Source: Candidatus Delongbacteria bacterium
GTDB lineage: Bacteria > UBA4055
Reading direction: 5' to 3'
Assembly (NCBI GenBank): GCA_016937995.1
Contig: JAFGVM010000057.1
Location: 1 to 64,000, forward strand
DNA: 64,000 nucleotides
The translations under genes were made by a program, and so were the position numbers. Position 1 is the stretch's first letter; each line of letters opens with the position of its first letter. Below are positions 56,834 through 64,000 of this stretch, one piece after another. The notes beneath the pieces are model-generated. The model ran no database searches. It worked only from the letters and a program-made list of their open reading frames with translations, and had not been told where the DNA came from.

Positions 56834-57800
56834 AATCATTACTTAAGTAAGAGTTTAATTTTTTCTGTTTTTTCATTTTATTGATAAGAAGTTTATTGAA
56901 TTCTTTAGCAGCATTGTAACCATATACTTTCAGGTGAAGGTTCAAAGCTATGGTTTCAGCAATAACAGTTATGTTCTTACCTGGATAAATAGGTAATTTG
57001 ATCCTTGGTATATCAACACCGAGTATTTTTATGCTGTTGTCATTTTCTCCGACCCTTTCATAATTTTCATTTGCTTTCCAGTCTTCAAGAAGTATCACCA
57101 TCTCGACTCTTTTTTGTATCCTGATCGCTCTTGTTCCGAAAATCTCTTTAACATTCAGTATACCAATTCCACGGATCTCCATGAACGGGGTGTAATCTCC
57201 ATGATTTCTGCCGATCAGTACCTGCTCACCCCGTTTTGTTATAGTTACGACGTCATCCGCTACAAGTCTGTGTCCTCTCTCTACAAGGTCAAGGGCTATC
57301 TCACTTTTTCCTATACTGCTTCGACCCATGATAAGCAGACCGGTACCGTACACATCGACAAGAGTGCCATGAATTTGTGTTGAAGGAGCAAATCTATTAT
57401 CTAAAAATTCGATGGTTTTGTGGTAAAGGGAGTGAAAATATATTGCTGTTTTGAAAAGAGGGATATTATTTTTTTCACACATTTTTACGAATTCAGGATG
57501 TATCCTTTTTTTCCCCTGACAGATTATTCCCGGAATATCAAACGTACAGAACTTTTCTATATTTTTTGTATCGTTCTTTTTAATTCTTTCATTGATGTAA
57601 TTTACCTCTGTCGGGGCAAAGACCTGTAAATATTCAAATTTGAATCCTTTGAAGTATCCTGTTAAAGCAAGACCAGGTTTGTTCAATCCGCTTTTAGTGA
57701 TCTTTTTATCAGTCCCGAGAATATTTTTTATCATCGGGATCAGTTTTAGAGTGGTCTTAGTATTTTCATAAAAACATTTTACAGATATGGATTTTTGCAT
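56826..57800 (-). CDS. hprK: HPr(Ser) kinase/phosphorylase
   Basis: HGTLVDVYG.G, GRSSIGKSE, GHRLVADD, MEIRGIGI. Confidence 0.97.
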   Translation of the reverse strand: MQKSISVKCFYENTKTTLKLIPMIKNILGTDKKITKSGLNKPGLALTGYFKGFKFEYLQVFAPTEVNYINERIKKNDTKNIEKFCTFDIPGIICQGKKRIHPEFVKMCEKNNIPLFKTAIYFHSLYHKTIEFLDNRFAPSTQIHGTLVDVYGTGLLIMGRSSIGKSEIALDLVERGHRLVADDVVTITKRGEQVLIGRNHGDYTPFMEIRGIGILNVKEIFGTRAIRIQKRVEMVILLEDWKANENYERVGENDNSIKILGVDIPRIKLPIYPGKNITVIAETIALNLHLKVYGYNAAKEFNKLLINKMKKQKKLNSYLSNDYE

Positions 57801-57825
57801 AATAAACCTCAGAATTTATTATTTC

Positions 57826-57948
57826 CAGACTGTTGAAAAGCTTCGCATATCTTCATCCCAATCATATTTCTTTTCATGTCGCTTGGGTCATACAAGCTCA
57901 ATTAAGAAATAAATTTGCTCTTTGATCTGCTTGTTTTTGAACAGTCTG
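57826..57948. repeat. 123-bp element bounded by inverted repeats (MITE-like or structured RNA)
   Basis: Ends CAGACTGTTGAAAA / TTTTGAACAGTCTG; internal pairings ATTTCTT/AAGAAAT and GCTTG/CAAGC. Confidence 0.6.
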
Positions 57949-58107
57949 TGCTCATTTTGACAAACTCGATGCAATATGTCGAACACTGTCCTTATAAATT
58001 TAAGTAACATTCAGTAGTATAACAATAAAAATATATTGGGTAAACGGATCATTTTGTATTATCTTACGGGTTGTATTTGGTTTAATAATGAATGTGAGAA
58101 ATATATC

Positions 58108-58671
58108 ATGCCTGAAACGACTAATAAACTTAAAGATCATTTTAAAGGAATTCTTTCTGATATCGGTGAAGATCTGAACAGGGACGGATTACGGACAACT
58201 CCAGAGAGAGCGGCCAAAGCTTTCAGATTCCTTACGAAAGGATACTCTGAAGATATTGATAAAGTTGTAAATGGAGCTATTTTTGAAACTTCAAACGATG
58301 ATATGGTGATCGTAAAGGATATTGAACTTTATTCTCTTTGCGAACATCATTTGCTCCCGTTCATAGGTAAATGTCATGTCGCATACATACCGAATGGTAA
58401 AGTCCTTGGATTATCTAAAGTCGCAAGGATCGTTGACGTATTTTCAAGAAGGCTTCAAATACAGGAAAATCTTGTAAGGCAGATCGCTGAAACTATCCTG
58501 AAATATACAGATGCAGAGGGTGTAGGTGTTGTAATTGAAGCTCAACATTTATGCATGATGATGAGAGGTGTTGAGAAGCAAAATTCTGTCATGACAACTT
58601 CGTGTATGCTGGGTTCGTTCAGGGACGAAAATGCTACACGATCAGAGTTTCTAAGCCTGATAGGAAAATGA
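58108..58671 (+). CDS. folE: GTP cyclohydrolase I
   Basis: [37 protein letters not shown]. Confidence 0.97.
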   Translation: MPETTNKLKDHFKGILSDIGEDLNRDGLRTTPERAAKAFRFLTKGYSEDIDKVVNGAIFETSNDDMVIVKDIELYSLCEHHLLPFIGKCHVAYIPNGKVLGLSKVARIVDVFSRRLQIQENLVRQIAETILKYTDAEGVGVVIEAQHLCMMMRGVEKQNSVMTTSCMLGSFRDENATRSEFLSLIGK

Positions 58672-58673
58672 TG

Positions 58674-58827
58674 AATATTCAATAATCAACACGGAATGTT
58701 CAATATCCAAGGGAAACTGTAGGGGACGATTTCTTTTCGTCCCCAAACATCCCGTAAAGACGTGATTTATCACGTCTCGTATAAAAAAAATAGATTGCCA
58801 CGGATTATAAATAATCCTCGCAATGAC
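58674..58827. repeat. Composite intergenic repeat cluster
   Basis: Heptamer-like CAATAATCAACACGGAATGTTCAATATCCAAGGGA; GTAG-GGGACGA..TCGTCCCC (58719-58744); AGACGTGAT-TT-ATCACGTCT; AGATTGCCACGG..CCTCGCAATGAC (58792-58827). Confidence 0.7.
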
Positions 58828-58838
58828 AAAGGAAAGTA

Positions 58839-59555
58839 ATGAATAAAGCAGCGTTAATAACCGGTGCAGCAAAAAGAATCGGAGCACAAATTGCTATTGA
58901 ACTGGCAAGATCTGGATATGATATTGCTCTGCATTATAATTCATCCGAGCAAGATGCTCTACAAACCCAGAAAACAATTCTTGAAAATGGAGTTCAATGC
59001 AGTCTGTTCAAAGGTGACTTAGGAGATAAAATCTACTTGTCAGAGTTGATCAAAGTTGCCTATTCTACTTTCCCTAATTTATCAGTATTGGTAAATAACG
59101 CATCCATATTCAAAAGAGCATCTATTACGGATACTAAATTTGAAATGTTTGAAGAACTTATAGATGTTAATCTCAAAGCACCTTATTTTCTGATCAAAGA
59201 ATTTTCATCAATGTGCGGTTCAGGCAATGTTGTAAATATCCTGGACACAAAGATAACAAAGAGTCAAAATGTTTATGCTGCGTATATCTTGTCAAGAAAA
59301 TCTTTGGCATATCTGACAGAAATGGCAGCTGTTGAATTTGCACCCGGTATAAGAGTAAACGGAATTTGTCCCGGCCTTATCCTGCCGGCTGTTAACGAAA
59401 GTAAAGAGTATGTTGAACGACTATCACAAAAGAACCTGCTTAAGAGAAAAGGATCTCCTGAAAATATTACTTCTACAGTGAAATTTATTCTCGAGAATGA
59501 TTTTCTGACCGGAGAGATCATTAAGGTAGATGGAGGAGAGAACTTGATATGGTAA
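58839..59555 (+). CDS. SDR oxidoreductase, pteridine reductase/FolM-like
   Basis: TGAAKRIG, LHYNSS, VNNASIF, NILD, YILSRK, VNGICPG, VDGG. Confidence 0.88.
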   Translation: MNKAALITGAAKRIGAQIAIELARSGYDIALHYNSSEQDALQTQKTILENGVQCSLFKGDLGDKIYLSELIKVAYSTFPNLSVLVNNASIFKRASITDTKFEMFEELIDVNLKAPYFLIKEFSSMCGSGNVVNILDTKITKSQNVYAAYILSRKSLAYLTEMAAVEFAPGIRVNGICPGLILPAVNESKEYVERLSQKNLLKRKGSPENITSTVKFILENDFLTGEIIKVDGGENLIW

Positions 59556-59890
59556 TATCAATCAAGAATATCAAAGCTGATGTAATTGTTGGAACTTTGG
59601 ATCAGGAGAGAATGTACCCTCAAACGATCGAATTGGATATTGAATTTGAATATGATGCAGGTAAGGCAGCAGAAACAGATGATTTTAATTATGCCGTAGA
59701 TTATAAGGAATTAACAGATGAAATCCTTGAATATCTTAAAGGAACTAAGTTTTATCTGATAGAAACTTTAGTGAGCAGGATCACAGAAAAGCTGAAGAAC
59801 AAAGAACATATTACTTCAGGAAAAGTAATCTTACGAAAACCTAAAGCATTGAATTGTGCTGAATATGTAAGTGTTGAAGGAACATTTTAG
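59549..59890 (+). CDS. folB: Dihydroneopterin aldolase/epimerase (FolB/FolX family)
   Basis: VG....ER...Q, AVDY, FYLIETL, RKPKAL. Confidence 0.85.
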   Translation: MVISIKNIKADVIVGTLDQERMYPQTIELDIEFEYDAGKAAETDDFNYAVDYKELTDEILEYLKGTKFYLIETLVSRITEKLKNKEHITSGKVILRKPKALNCAEYVSVEGTF

Positions 59891-59958
59891 TGTTTGTTAG
59901 TTATAAGTAAATAGCTTATATTGTCGCAAATTTAGAATTAAGTAAAAGGAGATAAAAA

Positions 59959-60588
59959 ATGAAGAAATTAACTATGATGATATTTCTGTTGGCAATGGTG
60001 TCAATGTATTCTCAGGGTAAAATTGGAGCAATAAAAGCGGGAATGTTCTTTCCGGGAGCTTGTGAAGGTGGATTTGATCTAGGTATTGAATATGGATTAC
60101 ATATAGATACAAATCTGGATGTGTCAGTTGAAATGGACTGGTTTAAAAAAGATTTCGAAGATAAAGAGATCAAGGATGAATATGAAAATGTTCCGGGTTT
60201 AACAGCAACCGATCTAAGGACCCTAAGTGAAACAACGATTTATGATTTCCCTGTCCTGGTTATGGTTACTGCGAAATTTCCAATTAATTTTAACTATAAA
60301 TGGTTTGCAACAGGTGGATTAGGAGCTGAAATGCTCTACGCTTCTTATACAACTTTTGATGATGATGATAAATCAGAGCTTGCTTTCGATTTTAACTGGC
60401 GACTGGGTGGTGGTATGATTTATAACCTTGGTGAAAGATCTGAAGTTTTGGCAGAAGTTGGATACCATTATTCAAAACCAAGCTATGAGTATGAAGATGA
60501 TTATGCCGGTACTACATATACTTTTAAAAGAGAATATGACATGAGTGGTATCTTCGGCAGAATGGGTGTAAGGTTTTTCTTTAACTAA
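59959..60588 (+). CDS. Outer-membrane beta-barrel protein
   Basis: Signal peptide, amphipathic strands, C-terminal GVRFFFN. Confidence 0.75.
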   Translation: MKKLTMMIFLLAMVSMYSQGKIGAIKAGMFFPGACEGGFDLGIEYGLHIDTNLDVSVEMDWFKKDFEDKEIKDEYENVPGLTATDLRTLSETTIYDFPVLVMVTAKFPINFNYKWFATGGLGAEMLYASYTTFDDDDKSELAFDFNWRLGGGMIYNLGERSEVLAEVGYHYSKPSYEYEDDYAGTTYTFKREYDMSGIFGRMGVRFFFN

Positions 60589-60613
60589 CGAAGAATAATA
60601 AGGATGTGATTTT

Positions 60614-61741
60614 ATGAAATATGGTAATTTTTTGTTTTCAAGTGAATCGGTAACAGAAGGTCATCCTGATAAGATAGCTGACCAGATTTCTGATGCTATT
60701 CTTGATGCAGCATTAAGAGATGACCCTATGAGCAGGGTCGCGATAGAAACTTTCGTAACTACCGGACTGGTTGTAGTAGGTGGGGAAATGACTACTAAAA
60801 CATATATAGATATACCTACAACAGTCAGAAATACGATCAAAGAGATCGGTTACGATGATTCCAGAATGGGTTTTGATTATAATACTTGCGGTGTAATTTC
60901 CACAATAGATCAGCAAAGTCCGGATATTGCTCTCGGAGTTGACAGGGATGGAGCAGGTGATCAGGGTTTAATGTTCGGGTTCGCTTGTAACGAAACCCCG
61001 GAGTATATGCCACTACCGATCGTTCTTGCTCACAAACTTACTAAGAAGCTGTCTCAATGCAGAAAAGAAGGTAATCTGGAATTCTTAAGGCCTGATGGAA
61101 AGTCTCAGGTATCAGTTGACTATAAAGACTGGAAACCTGAATCAATAAATACAGTTGTAGTATCAACTCAACATTCAGATACGATCAGTCATTCAGATCT
61201 TAGCTCAAAGGTAAAAAAACACGTTATCGAACCGGTTATTTCAGAGATGTTCGAAACACATGACTATAAAACCTATATCAATCCAACAGGACATTTTGTT
61301 ATTGGTGGTCCTATGGGTGATGCCGGACTTACCGGTAGAAAGATCATTGTCGATACATACGGAGGTTATGCAAGACACGGTGGAGGTGCTTTTAGCGGAA
61401 AAGATGCTACAAAGGTTGACAGATCAGCTGCTTATATGGCACGATATATTGCAAAAAATATTGTAGCGTCAGGACTCGCAGAAAAACTTGAGATACAACT
61501 TGCTTATGCAATTGGTGTAGCAGAACCAGTTTCAATAATGGCTGAAACTTTCAGGACAGGAAAGGTTAGCGGTGAGGATATCGTAAAGCTGATCAGAAAG
61601 CATTTTGACCTTACACCGAAAGGTATTATTAAGAAATTAGACTTAAGAAAACCTGTGTTCAAAGAAACAGCTGCTTATGGTCATTTTGGAAGGGATCAGT
61701 TCAGTTGGGAAAAACTTGATATGGTGGATAAACTGGCATAG
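60614..61741 (+). CDS. metK: S-adenosylmethionine synthetase
   Basis: [49 protein letters not shown]. Confidence 0.99.
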   Translation: MKYGNFLFSSESVTEGHPDKIADQISDAILDAALRDDPMSRVAIETFVTTGLVVVGGEMTTKTYIDIPTTVRNTIKEIGYDDSRMGFDYNTCGVISTIDQQSPDIALGVDRDGAGDQGLMFGFACNETPEYMPLPIVLAHKLTKKLSQCRKEGNLEFLRPDGKSQVSVDYKDWKPESINTVVVSTQHSDTISHSDLSSKVKKHVIEPVISEMFETHDYKTYINPTGHFVIGGPMGDAGLTGRKIIVDTYGGYARHGGGAFSGKDATKVDRSAAYMARYIAKNIVASGLAEKLEIQLAYAIGVAEPVSIMAETFRTGKVSGEDIVKLIRKHFDLTPKGIIKKLDLRKPVFKETAAYGHFGRDQFSWEKLDMVDKLA

Positions 61742-61815
61742 CAATAATCAATGTCCAACACGGAATATCCAATTATGAAGGGATTTGTAAGGGCACAACA
61801 ATTTGTGACCGATAC
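61742..61815. repeat. Composite repeat (heptamer block plus degenerate REP-like hairpin) related to 58674-58744
   Basis: CAATAATCAATGTCCAACACGGAATATCCAAT..AAGGGA followed by GTAAGGGCACAA..TTGTGACC. Confidence 0.6.
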
Positions 61816-61827
61816 ACATAAAAGAAC

Positions 61828-62370
61828 ATGAAAAAACTTTTTATAATAATATTACTTCTCAACTTTATAGCCTTATTTTCAGGTGAGTTCGACCTGTTCA
61901 AAGAAAAAAAGGCGCAGGATCAAAGTTTGTACAAGGACCTGAAACACAATAAAATAAGATTGTCCTATACTCTGTTCCCTGCAAGCTACAATAAAATTGG
62001 TTTTGCAGTAGAAGAATACATAACGAAAAGACTTGGTTTTATGATCGAAGCTGATTTTTCAGATGAAGGATCAACCATGAAGGAAAAAGCTGAGATAATA
62101 ATTGCAGGATCTTACCGTCTTACAAAAAGAGTTAGAACTTGGGTCTTTCAGGGAAATTTAGGTCTTTCGTTCAATGATGATGTTGCTTATGATAATGGTA
62201 TGAGCAAAGGATTCAGGACTAATCATATGTACGGCAGATTTACAGTTGAATACTTATTCAAGAACGGATTAGGATTTGACTTTTCCATGGTTGGAAGAAT
62301 GCCAATAGAATTTGATATTAATGAGGATATGTCACCTCAACATTCCATAGGAATACTTTTTAATTTCTAA
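61828..62370 (+). CDS. Putative outer-membrane beta-barrel protein
   Basis: Signal peptide; beta-strand pattern; C-terminal SIGILFNF. Confidence 0.6.
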   Translation: MKKLFIIILLLNFIALFSGEFDLFKEKKAQDQSLYKDLKHNKIRLSYTLFPASYNKIGFAVEEYITKRLGFMIEADFSDEGSTMKEKAEIIIAGSYRLTKRVRTWVFQGNLGLSFNDDVAYDNGMSKGFRTNHMYGRFTVEYLFKNGLGFDFSMVGRMPIEFDINEDMSPQHSIGILFNF

Positions 62371-62393
62371 ATAACAAAACCGGCTGAACTAAA

Positions 62394-64000
62394 TTGAAAT
62401 ATTTTACGATACTCATACTGATATTAGCATTATCATTTTTTTATGTTCTTACGATAAAAAACAGTGATTCAGAACCTGAAATTTCGAAAATTAAATTGAT
62501 CTCTGAAATTGACACAAGTTTGATCGCAGAGGTTCCATACAATGATTTTTTAAAAAATATAGACATTGATGTTAAAAATTCATATTTTACAAAGAGTAAT
62601 ATTTTGATCGACAGTATGGAATATTTTGCTGAAGTTTTAGTAGCAAATGAAGATTCTTTGATATTCGAAATACCAAAAGAATTTAAAAATAGTGATATAT
62701 ATGTTGAGTTTAATTCATTTTCAACGGTCAACTCAGGTTCTGTTTCGATAAAGCATGATCAGAAGCTAAAAAAGGTGGTCTTAGAAGAAACTACTTTTAC
62801 AAAACATAGAATTTTTCTTGGCAAGGTGAAGTCAAGCATAGTTGTGCAGCAAAGTAGATCTACTTACATTTTTAATTTTAGATTATTAAGATCAGTTAAA
62901 CCCCGATGGGACAGAAAAAAGAAGAAAAGCATTGTTATATTTGATATTGCTGGTCTAAAAGACAGTCTCATAAGTGATACTACAGCTTTTCCATTACTTT
63001 CAAAAATACGATCCAGATCAAAATATTTTCCAAAAACTTTTTTGCAATCTTTAAATAGATATGAATCAAAAGTTTCATTCTTAAAATGCCTTGATACCTA
63101 TTTAAATCTTGATAATTTTCCACCATATAAGGATGAAAAAACAATAATAATGGATAGTTTGAGATATTCATCTTTGCCTGAGATCTATGATCTGTCAGGA
63201 TATAATACACATTTTTACGGTAGCAGATCTGAAAATGATAACGGGATCATCACAATGTTCAATAACTCTTCTGTTTTCTTTCACGATCCCGGAAGCAACA
63301 GTCATATGATCAAAAAATTTTATAACGATATAAACGAAAATAAAAATGCTGAAAATTTTTACTTTTTAGATCTTAATTGCGAAACAGATGACCATAATTT
63401 ATACTTGAGAAATATTGATTATTTCCTGCGGGAATATTTTTTCTACGTTAAAACCAAAGTGAATCTGAATGACTACATTTTCATATTTATATCAAGTTCC
63501 TCGGATAAAATTTATGAACCTCTTATAACTATGTTCTATTCTGAGGGTAACATTGAGCCTGTAAGAATAACAGCAAGAATAAATTTAACTGATGTTGCCA
63601 AAACGATCCTTAATTATTCAAAATTAAGATCCCCTGATCATTTTAACGGTAATGATCTAAGTTCTACATCAGAAATTGAAAGCAGAATGAGTATTTTAGG
63701 ATCAGAACTCGATACACTGATATTTTATGACGAAAAGTTCATTTACAAAAAACAAAAGTACTCAGAGAATTTTAAATTAGAAACGATAGCTGAAGAAACT
63801 TATATTGTTAGAAAAAAACAGGATATTGAACATGATTACAAAGAAGCTGTTTTACGGGAATACGAAGGTGACTATGTAAAATATTTTATATTCAGAAACA
63901 ACAGTGAAAAGGTGAAGAATTATAATATAAAAATAAATTCGAAAAGCAGATTCGTTCCATTTAATAATATTGAGGATTATTATTCTCAGAAAAAGAAACG
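62394..64000 (+). CDS. Membrane-anchored sulfatase/alkaline-phosphatase-fold protein, 3'-truncated by the window edge (not in the ORF track)
   Basis: Open frame from TTG62394 to the edge (~535 codons): MKYFTILILILALSFFYVLT..., SIVIFDIAGL, SLPEIYDLSGYNTHFYG, RINLTDVAKTILNYSKLRSPDHFNGNDL. Confidence 0.7.
   Translation, partial: MKYFTILILILALSFFYVLTIKNSDSEPEISKIKLISEIDTSLIAEVPYNDFLKNIDIDVKNSYFTKSNILIDSMEYFAEVLVANEDSLIFEIPKEFKNSDIYVEFNSFSTVNSGSVSIKHDQKLKKVVLEETTFTKHRIFLGKVKSSIVVQQSRSTYIFNFRLLRSVKPRWDRKKKKSIVIFDIAGLKDSLISDTTAFPLLSKIRSRSKYFPKTFLQSLNRYESKVSFLKCLDTYLNLDNFPPYKDEKTIIMDSLRYSSLPEIYDLSGYNTHFYGSRSENDNGIITMFNNSSVFFHDPGSNSHMIKKFYNDINENKNAENFYFLDLNCETDDHNLYLRNIDYFLREYFFYVKTKVNLNDYIFIFISSSSDKIYEPLITMFYSEGNIEPVRITARINLTDVAKTILNYSKLRSPDHFNGNDLSSTSEIESRMSILGSELDTLIFYDEKFIYKKQKYSENFKLETIAEETYIVRKKQDIEHDYKEAVLREYEGDYVKYFIFRNNSEKVKNYNIKINSKSRFVPFNNIEDYYSQKKK

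Noticed and set aside
60588-60614. SAM riboswitch upstream of metK
   Set aside because: The intergenic gap is only 25 nt, and no SAM-I core is visible upstream of 59959 either.
3578-61466. Numerous 60-175 aa ORFs antisense to or nested in housekeeping genes
   Set aside because: Typical shadow ORFs with no RBS or motif support.
62441-63210. Minus-strand ORFs 62441..62731 and 62980..63210
   Set aside because: They are antisense shadows of the long plus-strand ORF starting at 62394.

Overview
AT-rich bacterial chromosome segment, mostly housekeeping genes. The mix of lpxK, PorV/PorQ-like and other OM beta-barrels, ExbBD-TonB, a short RpoD-type sigma, hprK, ppdK and a C10 protease suggests an anaerobic diderm of the FCB group, possibly Ca. 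Delongbacteria or a relative (inference only). Core genes: radA, priA, pyk, fmt, xseB, aspS, exbB-exbD-exbD-tonB, purD, a second tonB, metG, yraN, rsgA, ppdK, an rpoD-like sigma, valS, ssb, lpxK, hprK, a folE/pteridine reductase/folB cluster and metK. I found no rRNA, tRNA or CRISPR array. Elements not shown in the ORF track: (1) the window opens on the right end of an IS256-family element that has interrupted a TPR gene; (2) a ribosomal protein bTHX gene; (3) a 59-aa His-containing membrane protein paired with an exported superoxide-reductase-like protein; (4) a truncated sulfatase-fold ORF at the right edge; (5) a priA reading frame that needs a non-canonical start codon. The best candidates for new biology are: an identically spaced bipartite motif (AAGGTCACTATTTGAYCG-N11-TATATTGC) upstream of both a Bro-N gene and yraN, resembling a WYL/PafBC-type DNA-damage promoter; a Val-codon leader ORF inside a long RNA stem upstream of valS; the small membrane protein plus exported SOR-like protein module; and a membrane-anchored protein with three Cys-rich zinc-ribbon modules. 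Intergenic spaces carry a mosaic of REP-like hairpins and heptamer repeats.
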